From Strigamia acuminata (Eukaryota), in assembly GCA_949358305.1 (NCBI GenBank), contig OX442314.1:1922001-1986000 (forward strand): a stretch of 64,000 bases of DNA, in the 5' to 3' direction. The position numbers and the translations under genes were made by a program. Under the pieces are notes generated by a model. The model was given only the letters and a program-made list of their open reading frames with translations, had not been told where the DNA came from and did not search any database. Positions 53,951 through 64,000 of the stretch are shown piece by piece. How positions within the stretch are numbered: the stretch's first letter is position 1; every line of letters starts with the position of its first letter.

Positions 53951-56900
53951 ATGGCTCCGAAACCCGACCCGTGGGTCCGATTGTTCGATGTGCGCGACCC
54001 CGCGCGACACAAAAAGGGCTACACGGTCTACAAAGTCATATCGACGGTGCGCAATAATTAAACTTGGAACGATCGCAATTTAATTAATTAATTTGTGTTT
54101 AGGTGTATCCGCGATCGGCACCGGAAGCCGTAACGCAAGTAAAATAAATAAATAATTTTTAAAAAAAAAACTGGTTTTACAAAATGGATTTTTCTGCTAG
54201 ATTGTTGTTTGGAAACGCTACAACGACTTCAAAAACCTGCACAAAAGCCTGCAAATCCTGCACACCAAGCTGTATTTGAAAGGGGTCTTCCCTCCGTTCG
54301 CCAAAGCTCGTTTGTTCGGTGAAAAAGAAATAAAGAAATATCGAGGAATGGAATGATTAATTAATTGTATTGCAGGAAGATTCGACGCGAGCGTGATCGA
54401 AGAACGACGTCAGAGCGCGTATGCTCTGTTGGAGTTTGTCGCTCAGCACCCGCCGCTTTTCACGAGTCAATTATTCGTTAAATTTTTCGAAGTAATTTAA
54501 ATATAAGGTTGCACTGGATAGCAATAATGCAGAATTAACCGAACACGAGAAAAAAGCAATTTTTGCGTTGATAAAAACTGTTTTTGCGTTGAAAAAAGCT
54601 ATTTTTGCGTTGAAAAAAGCTATTTTTGCGTTGAAAAAAGCTATTTTTGCGTTGAAAAAAGCTATTTTTGCGTTGAAAAAAGCTATTTTTGCGTTGAAAA
54701 AAGCTATTTTTGCGTTGAAAAAAGCTATTTTTGCGTTGAAAAAAGCTATTTTTGCGTTGAAAAAAGCTATTTTTGCGTTGAAAAAAGCTATTTTTGCGTT
54801 GAAAAAAGCTATTTTTGCGTTGAAAAAAGCTATTTTTGCGTTGAAAAAAGCTATTTTTGCGTTGAAAAAAGCTATTTTTGCGTTGAAAAAAGCAATTTTC
54901 GGGTTGAAAATGCAATTTCCACGTCAAAAAAGGCTATTTTGGGACTGAAAAATGCAATTTCCACGTCATAAAAGGCTTTTTTGGGGCTGGAAAATGCAAT
55001 TTTCACGTCAAAAATGCAATTTTCGTGCCAAAAATGCAATTTTCGTACCAAAAATGCAATTTTCCACTCCAAATAATAAAAAATTTGCATAAAATATTCA
55101 ATCATCACTTAAAAATACAAAGTTATTAACCGATAAAATTCATTTTATGTAGTCTAACTTGTAAGTCATCAGTATTCATCTTAAAAAATGCGAAACTTAG
55201 ATGCAAATGATGTTCGGTGAAACCCTAATACAAACCAAATCATTTTTACCACAAATTCCAATGTGAATTAATTTTGTTTTCTTCTCACAGAGCGGTCAGA
55301 AAATCACCCCATCCAAACTGATCCGCGACCCCGCCGAGAGCCCGGACGTGTTCGATGTGCTCGTGGTCGCACCGCCGCTCGAATCGCTCGTGGAAAGACC
55401 GGCGGAAGCGAACTCGCGCCTGGGCGGAATTTGGCAATACCCGCGCGAATCGGTCAGCTCGAGTTCGGACAGCAGCACGGACGAGCGCACGACGACCGAC
55501 GGCGACGGCGACTCCGTCCGGAGCGCCGCGTCCACCGTCGAACTGTTTGATCCGTGTCGCGGCGTGGACGCCGACCGCTTCGTCGACAACAACGTGTGGT
55601 TGCTCGCCACGATGGCCAACTGCGGCAAAACGGACGAGGAAAGACTCGAGCTGGATCCGTCGCTGTCGGTGAACCTGAACACGAAGGCGGAGCTCGATCC
55701 GTCGCCGCCGTCGGTTCCGCCGCCGCAGTCGCCGGCGCCGTCGATGGACGAGTCGGATTACATCGTTTCGGCGGCCGACGCCATCAGCAAGGCGCAGCTG
55801 AACGAGGCGGATGGCAACTACGAAATTTCGTTCATGTTTTACAAGCGCAGCGTGCAGATACTTCTAGAGGGCGTTCGCGGGGATTCGGACGGGGCGCGCA
55901 GAGATGCGGTGCGAAAGAAGACGGCGCAGTACTTGAGCAGGGCCGAGGAAATCTACAGGAAATATTTGGTTTGCAACGGAGACCTTCACGACGTTGGTTG
56001 AAACGAAATGAGTGTTGATAAAATGCGAACCTTTAGTTCACGTTCGCGAACGACGTTTGTTAGTTCAAGAAGGCGTTCACCATAAAAATAAAAATTGAGC
56101 GAAGGAATTGGAGATTTTTATAAAAATTGAATTTACAAAAATTGACCAAAAGTTGAGAAATTTAAAAAAATTGACCAAAATTTTGAGAAATTTACGAACA
56201 TTTTGAGAAATTTTGAGGAATTTCTAAAAATTGATTAAAATTTCGAGATTTTTACAAAAAATGATTTCAATTTCGTGTTTTTTACAAAAAACGATTGAAA
56301 TTTCGTGATTTTTACAAAAATTTATCAAAATTCATCAAAATTTACAAAATTGATCAAAAGTTGAGAAATTTACAAACATTATGAGAAATTTTGAGGAATT
56401 TACAAAAATTGATTAAAATTTCGAAATTTTTACAAAAAATGATTGAAATTTCGTGATTTTTACAAAAATTTATCAAAATTCATCAAAATTTACAACAATT
56501 GACCAAAATTTGGAGAAATTTACAAACATTATGAGAAATTTTGAGGAATTTACAATAATTGATTAAAATTTCGAAATTTTTACAAAAATTACGGTAATCA
56601 AAATTTTGAGATTTTTACAAAAATTGATTGAAATTTCGAAATTTTTACAAAAGTTGATCAAAATTTTGAGAATTTTTACTCAAGCACACTAACTTTACTT
56701 TATTTTACTAACATTTCGCAAAAAAAAATTGTTACAAAAATTTTTCAGAATTTCCCAAAAAAATGCAAAAACAATTACTAAAAATTTTAGATAAATGAAC
56801 GCAAACTTTTAATCCAACTTCATGAACTTAAACTAATTCATTTCTGTAAAATTTCAAGTCAACATTAGCGTGAACACGTTCAGACGGCCGTGAACGTGAA

Positions 56901-59778
56901 CGTAAACAAGTTGCAACACCGCTTGAAATGATTAAATTAAATTACTTAATTAACTTTGTCTCTTATTTAAATTGCAGGTTCCTTCAAGAGACGCGAGTGT
57001 CAACGGAGCGATCGGCAGTTTACTCCAGTCGCCGCTTTCCGAGCTGAAAAACTACAAAGTTCTCGGCGTGATCGACAAGATCCTCCTGGTCCTCGACGTA
57101 GCGACGCAAAACACTTTTGTCATGAAAGTAAACAAACAAATAAATTCTATAATAAGCCTATTTTAATTCTATCTTCCTTAAAAATCTCTCCAGATTCTAC
57201 ACAAAACTTCGTCGCCGAGCGACCCTTACGCCACTTCCGTGGTTCCCTCAAAGATCCGTTTCATGGTGCAACTCTACAAATTCGTCGAAAGCGACTACGC
57301 CATCTTTCTCGTCCAGGAGCACGCCACCGGCGGCCGACTGTGGAATTACGTCCGCTCGTATTTAGTCAACAACAGTCCCCACGACTCGCGATCCACGATC
57401 CACGCCGACCAGGCGCCGACCAACGACCGCAACGTGTATTCGGGCAAAAAACTCCTCGTTCCGCGCGCCGACGACTCCGTGGCCGCGGACACGACCACGG
57501 ACGACTTAAAAACGGATCCGGCGGACGACGTCGACTCGGACCTGGTCGCCAAGGGCGAGTGCGCTTCGAGTTACGTCAACTTGTTCACCAGCTACGCGGC
57601 CTCGCTCGCCGGTGGTGCGGGCGCGGGCGACTCCGACGCCGACGTCGGGTTGGCGAAATGCCATCTGGCGGCAACGGCGAGCGACAGCGACCGAAGATTC
57701 GAAGAACTCGAGTCCCAACGGCGCGACGTCCACTTCCCCGAAGACTTGGACGAGTTGGTCGGGCCCGTGGAGCAGAACGGCGGCGTCGACTTGAACCGCG
57801 TTACGACGCTCGAGGACCTGGGTCGACTGGGCGCGGACGATCTGATCGAGTGCGCGCATAAATTGATGACCACCGTCGACCGCACGCTGCTCCGGGCGGC
57901 GGCGAAGCGCGAAATCTCGGACGACGACGACGATAACGCCAAGACGAGTTCGCCGCCACCGACGGAGCGTTTTAAGGAGAAAAAAGCGGGAGGGCGACGT
58001 CGGCGATCGCGGCCGATGAGCGACGACGACGTGTTCGCGTCGCCGCAGCACCAGCGTCACCACGAACTGCGTCGTTCTTTGTCGGCCGGCAGTCTGGCAC
58101 CGGGCGGCGCTCGGCGGCCCCGACTGCGTCATTTGTCGGCGGCGTTTGACCAGCTCGACTCGGCTAATTCGTCGAAAAACGCACGCTTGCCCGAGTCGTG
58201 CATTCGAGTGTGGGCCGCCGAGATGATCGTGGCCGTGTGGCAGCTGCACAGCCTTGGGATCGTGTGCAGGGACCTGTGCCCGGACAACGTGCTGCTCGGC
58301 AGCCGGGGTCACATCCTCCTCACTTATTTTGGCCAGTGGGCGAACGTTGAACGCACCGTGCGTCCGTCCGCGCTGGAGAACATGTACGCGGCACCGGGTA
58401 CGCGACACCGTTTCATTTAAATATCAATTCGCATGTTGACGCGCATTTCAAGCTTTTCTTCTTGAGAATAGAACACATTTTACTCAAAAGTTATCACGCC
58501 TCGTCATGTCATCCAGGAAAATAAAATACGTAAAGTAAAGCTTCAAATTGCAGCCCAGGCGTTTATTTATTTATTTTATTTTATTTGAACCCTGGCGGTT
58601 ATTCGGGCCGTTTTTTTTAAAAATTGTGATATTTTGGGACCCCAGCGTTTAAATGGGTCCCGGCACCAATTTGAAGCATTTCGATAGGTATTTAAATACA
58701 CGTAGAAATTAATTAGAATGTACTCTGTGTAGACTAGACAAGTTTGCAAGTCCCGACCTGTGTTTATCAATGTTTGATTGCACTAGTCATTCCTGAATTC
58801 CAGATTACGCGCAGATGTATCTGTACGAGACCGTACGAGATTTATGCGTAGTTCGCACTTGAACCACTTATGTACAAGTTGTGACTTTTAGAAAGTCTAA
58901 TTTCTACAAGTGTGAATGATCTATTTTTAGACTGTTCACACTTATTCAGTAGTTATGTAGAAATAAATCAGTGACACAGGTTATGTAGAAAAGTGTGAAC
59001 ATTGCATTTGTGAACTTGAGACTTGGCAAATTGGGAGAAAAATGGATTAAAAATGCAAATATCCTTGAGAAAATTAAACAGAAACGAAAATTAAACAACA
59101 CTGCCAACAACTTCTGATTAATCTATATTTAATTGACCAGCGTATACATTTTTTTAGACACCCTGTATTGTCCAGTCTACACAGAGTACGCTGTATGTCG
59201 AGATTTTGAAAATTGAAATTTCTCGAGTCCCCCTATTTCCCAGGACTGGAGACCTAAAAAAATGACAATAATTTCTTAGGTTCCCTAAGGAAAATTAATA
59301 TACTCCATACACTTCTAGTTTCTTGAAATTTCTTTTTAAAAAAGCCTTAAATGTGCGTCAATACAGTAAGTAAATCAAATTAAATAAAATTTCTTAAATT
59401 TTCTTAATAAACAGAATTAAACGGCATCGAGGTGGCGACTCCCGCCTGCGACTGGTGGAGCGTCGGCGCGCTGCTCTTCGAACTCATCACCGGCAGGACT
59501 TTGATCTCGTGTCACCCGGGCGGCGTGACGAGCCATTCCCAGCTCAACATCCCGCCCCACATTTCAGCCGAAGCACGTTCACTGCTCGTAGAAGTGAGTT
59601 CGTTTATATATTATTAGAATGTCATTTTTCTAAATTTCCTTTTTTCTGTTCTTTCCAGTTTTTGCGATTCGCTCCGAACGAACGACTCGGCGCCGGTGCC
59701 AACGGAATGGAGGCGATCAAAACACACTCGTTTTTTCACAATATTAACTGGGATCAAATTATTTATGAACACACGTAG
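53951..59778 (+). CDS. RPS6KC1: RPS6KC1-like PX-MIT-split pseudokinase; exons 53951-54046, 54103-54138, 54201-54318, 54376-54491, 55291-55992, 56978-57127, 57194-58397, 59415-59593, 59659-59778
   Basis: PX domain (KGYTVYKV, VWKRYNDF, FGRFDASVIEERRQ), MIT domain (DAVRKKTAQYLSRAEEI), and kinase halves split by a long insert, with degenerate VCRDLCPDN and TYFG motifs. Confidence 0.93.
54581..54893. repeat. Near-perfect intronic minisatellite with 21-bp unit TTTTTGCGTTGAAAAAAGCTA, about 15 copies
   Basis: Directly visible. Confidence 0.97.
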
Positions 59779-59895
59779 AATTTAAAATAAAATATATAAT
59801 ATATATTTGTATATAGGCGAAATAATCGTTATTCCGTAGACTAGAATGTTGCGACAAAGAGTAATCAATCAATTAATTAATTAATTAATTTAAAA

Positions 59896-61890
59896 TTAGA
59901 CGTTCTGCGCGAGTTTCTCGGCGTCTTGGCTGCTTAGTAGTTCCATCCTATCGGCGTTTTTCGGTAAATTCACCACGGGGTTCTGCGAGTACAGGTAGGT
60001 GGCGTACGAGACGATGGCGATGGCCGCGACGGTGTTGGCGTCGACGGCGATGCCGAAGATGATCCAGCAGAGCACGGCCGTGAACATGAGTTCGAGCGCG
60101 CTGGCGAACGTCTTCAAAATGGAATTCAAGTTTTTGAGAAACAGACTCGTCACGATGCCGATGCCCGCGCTGTTCACCACGATCAAGAGCACCTTGAACT
60201 GCGCCAGCGAGCCGATCGCCGCGCTCGTGAACGCCGTCGACAGCTGCCCGTTGAACGCCAGCACGCCCACGTTGCACACGATCGAGTCGCAGTACATGAA
60301 CACGTTTTGCATCATTATGTGCACGTCCGCGCCCGTGTCTTTGAGCAGATACTCGTTGTACACGCCGGCGAAACACGAGCAGAAAACCTGACCAATCAAA
60401 AATCAATCAAAAAATCATTTCACATTACACATTTCTCTCGTACTTGTAATAAGATTAAAATTAAATTGAAGCTCAGCACGGAGCCCACGTCGTTGGCGCT
60501 TCCGTCCGATTTATGCGCGGTCGTGTGCAGCTGCTTGATGACGCATCCGACGGTCAACAGCACCAGCGACATCCATTGCTTCCCGCTCAATTTTTTCGAA
60601 AATAGGATCTGCAAAATTTATTATGAGTTTAGATATTTAGAATTTAAGTCGTTATTTGTTTAGTTCACCTGAAAAATGATGCCGGTCACTACGACGCGAA
60701 ACTGAAGTAAAAGAAAATAAGTGGTGGGGTCGAAAGCGGCCAAATTGACGAATGTCAGGTTGTTGTACAGACAGTAGAGAAGAGACGGAACGAAATAGAG
60801 CAGGAGAACTGTAAAGCGAAACCAACAACGCTTAAAAATGTGTTATTAAAAACCGTATTATCCCGCTATTACGCCAGTAAATGAGAATTGAATCAAAACA
60901 AGCTTAGAAAGCGTTTTTATATGTCCAAAATGTAGGAAATTAGCCTCAATTTCTATAAATTTACCAAAATTTTAATAATAACTGTCAGAATTTCAAGAAA
61001 ACTCAAATTTGTGGCTCAAATTCCAACTCTACCATCATGTTTCACTTTTTACCGGCATGCCAGTATAAGCTTTATGACTGAAACTACTAATGTTATGGTA
61101 ATCCCATGTACAGCGGCATGCAGCTTAAAGCGGGGTAATACAATACGGTAATTTCGATCGTTATACCGTTTGTGTGCTTGAACATCTCGCTGAACATCTG
61201 GCGACAAGAATGACTGCAAAAATTAAACAAAAATAATTACCGTAATTTAATTTAATTTAGAATTGTAACACCCAATTCTGTTTATACATGAAAAATAAAT
61301 TCAATTCTGGTTTAACACGATTTCTTTTGATTTAACAGTTAAAAGAAAATTGTCTGCTTAAAATTTGATTTAAATTTTAAGGAGAAAGATTTCTATTTCC
61401 CATAATTTTCTATAAAATACTTAGGGAATTCCCCTTGTTTATTGCCTAAAAAATACTTGGGGAATTCCCCTAGTTTATCTTTTTTTTTCCTTGGAATATA
61501 TCTACACTGTAAAAACAGAATTGGATATATTCTGCTAGATCTCGGTATGCTGATTGAGGAAGAAAAAAATAAAATTATGTAATACATTACAACTTACTCC
61601 TTGAGATATATGCTCGTGGAAATGACAAGTTTGAGGCATTCCGTGAGTAATACAACGGTTATGGTGTTGTAATTGTATTGATTTTTCGAGTCCTGTGTGG
61701 CAGTGACTAGAATTCCTAAAAATTGCAATCCGGAAAAAATATAAAACTTCAATCATACGAAACGATGATTTCCGCGCGGCGCGTTCGTACCTTGGTTTAT
61801 AAATAAAACCATGTAGGAAATAAATACGATGAAACTCCATTTCGTCGGAAATAAGTCGGCGCTGAGCCAGCGCTGCTCGCCGGCAGCCAT
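59896..61890 (-). CDS. senju: SLC35A-family nucleotide-sugar (UDP-galactose) transporter, senju-like; exons 61890-61791, 61715-61598, 61213-61167, 60808-60669, 60608-60444, 60387-59896
   Basis: LFPTKWSFIVFISYMVLFINQGILVTA...YNTITVVLLTE..KL, YFVPSLLYCLYNNLTFVNLAAFDPTTYFLLLQFRVVVTG, CSCFAGVYNEYLLK, FLKNLNSILKTFASALEL. Confidence 0.9.
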
Positions 61891-62110
61891 ATTTAAATCG
61901 AGCGTTGCATGCTGGGATAATGAGGAGTTGTGCGCCGCTTCCATTGGCTGCGAGTTACCATGTAGTAAAGATAGTAAGAGCCGGAACTCTGCCGTTTTTG
62001 ATGCAATCAGGCTACGCCTCCAAACGACACTAGCGCTCGTAGTGGAGGGGCTGTCCAACAGTTTCAGATCAACGTGTGATACCCGCCAAATTGCAATGAT
62101 GGATTGGACA

Positions 62111-64000
62111 ATGGCACCTCTAAAGAGTAATGGAAATTATTGCAGTGCCTGCAAAAACTGCCAAAGGATTGGTTCAAAGAAATCTTTTTTTAGGTTTCCC
62201 AAGGATACAAATAGGTATAAAACAAATTTTAAAAATGTATTTATAAAACCTGTGCAATAAAAGTTGAATAGATTAAAAAGTTACATTATTTGATTAAATT
62301 TGTCTCAAATATTTGTATCATAGTAATTAATTTTATTTATAACATTATCTGCTAGATGTAAAAATTGGGTTCAATATTCACGACGAGACGATCTGGCTAA
62401 AAAAGAATCTACATACTTATACACACATAATCGGCTATGTGCAGACCATTTTGAAGATTCACAATTTATGAATGCAAACCTAAAGTAAGTTACAAGTACA
62501 GTTAGCAACAACTTCAACTTCATAACTTTCCTTTTGGTTATTTTTCCGTAAGTAAGCTCTGATACGTTATAAAGTAGATGAACACAGAGAAATATTACTT
62601 TTTCATCATCAAACCAAATCAAAAAATGCTAATGAAATGATGAAATTTTTTTACAACAGTTTTAGCAATTTTAATAATGTTTCATTTTTATTAGAAATAA
62701 ATTGGTGCATGATGCTGTGCCAACACTTTTTGATGTACCCAATCCACCACCGAAAATAACATTAAAAAGGCCAAAACGAGACCGCTCATTGCAAAATATT
62801 GGTGGAAACAAACAGAAAAAAATTAAGGTTTTTATTTCAATTTATTTTTGCAAAAAGCAATCTTACAAGTTCTTTCGAAATAGGTTTGTAAAATCGTCTC
62901 AGATGACCATCAAGCTTCAACTTTAACTTCAACCACAACTGCATCTAGCTGTAGTCAGCTGTCTTGTGATGTTTCATTAGATCATCCAGAAACTTCAAAT
63001 GTGCCTGATAATGAAACTTCAAATGTGCCTGATAATGAAACTTCAAATGTGCCTGATAATGAAACTTCAAATGTGCCTGATAATGACACTGCAAATGAAA
63101 TGGAAATTAGTACTGAGAATGCTGCAAGTGACTGCACTCCCAGAAAATTTCAACTGCAATGCCAGCTAAATAATGAGAGATGCAAAACATCAATGTATCG
63201 CAAAACAATACGGGAGTTGCAGACTCAGGAGCACAAAATAACGAATGAAGAACTTATAAGAGCACTCAGAAAAAAGTTACCATCACATTCTGCAGACTTC
63301 ATTGAATCTCAGCTCGAAGCATGTGGCAACAAACCAAAAGGAGTAAGATGGAAAACATCGGTAAAGCAGATTTCTTTGGCTTTACTGTATGCCAGTAGTA
63401 AAGCATACAAAATATTCAAGTCGATGTTTGCTACACCTGATGAACAGACACTGTCACGAGCTGTCGATTTATTCCCAGCCGGACCAGGTATTAACAATGC
63501 ACAGATAATTTTTTTAAAGAAAATGTCAACAAATATGACTGTGGACAAAGAAAAGGTCATTAGTTTGTGTTTTGATGAAATGTCTCTCCATGCAAACCTG
63601 TATTATGATGAATTCCAAGACATAATCCACGGCTACACGCAATATACCAACAACGGCGTATCACCTGCTCTACATGTTCTATTGTTTGTAATGTCTGGGT
63701 TGTATGGAAAGGCATGGAAACATCCCATCGCTTATTACTTTACAGGAAACAGTATGGCAAACACTGATTTTGAAGAAATCCTGTATGAAGTGATTGCTGC
63801 CATAACTGATTGTGGATTTCATGTCATTAATATTACTTGTGACATGGCAAGCAGAAATGTTGCATTGACAAAGCGATTAGGTGTGTCCAAGGAACAACCT
63901 TTTTTGATACATAATGGGAAAAAGATTTTTTGGATGTTTGATCCACCTCATCTTGTTAAGTGTTTTCGCAATAATTTAAAGAAGCACCCATTGGATACAG
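62111..64000 (+). CDS. Spliced THAP-domain P-element transposase (THAP9-like), 3' truncated by the window end; exons about 62111-62214, 62356-62484, 62695-62827, 62884 to beyond 64000
   Basis: THAP C..C...FRFPKD..RCKNW...LCADHF...AVPTLF, then LCFDEMSL, WKHPIAYYF, ITCDM and FDPPHLVKCFRNN. No stops in the visible frame. Confidence 0.92.
62989..63084 (+). repeat. In-frame 24-bp tandem repeat x4 (ETSNVPDN) in the transposase linker
   Basis: GAAACTTCAAATGTGCCTGATAAT occurs as four perfect copies. Confidence 0.95.

Noticed and set aside
58255..58335. Degenerate catalytic motifs (CRDLCPDN, YFG) in the kinase
   Set aside because: Expected for the RPS6KC1 pseudokinase family; neither novel nor evidence of a pseudogene.

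Overview
Metazoan nuclear DNA, probably from an invertebrate with arthropod-like genes, in two compartments. Positions 1-22 kb are an accessory zone. It holds a decayed Merlin transposase, an intact very young Ty3/Gypsy element (identical 181-bp LTRs, ACTTG TSD), a Copia remnant split by a solo LTR, a MULE relic, pseudogene fragments and a divergent FHA-RING (RNF8-like) gene. Most notably it has two intronless 280-aa genes, each encoding only the RNase H-like domain of the spliceosomal protein Prp8 fused to a new C-terminal hydrophobic tail. Positions 22-64 kb are a compact conserved gene block with GC-rich exons and AT-rich introns: cytoplasmic dynein heavy chain (20 exons, hosting three H/ACA snoRNA paralogues), Pellino, LRRC74-like, Arl2 (with a U12-type intron), RPS6KC1-like, a senju-like nucleotide-sugar transporter, and a spliced THAP/P-element transposase that runs off the window end. 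All family assignments come from reading translations against remembered motifs; no searches were run.
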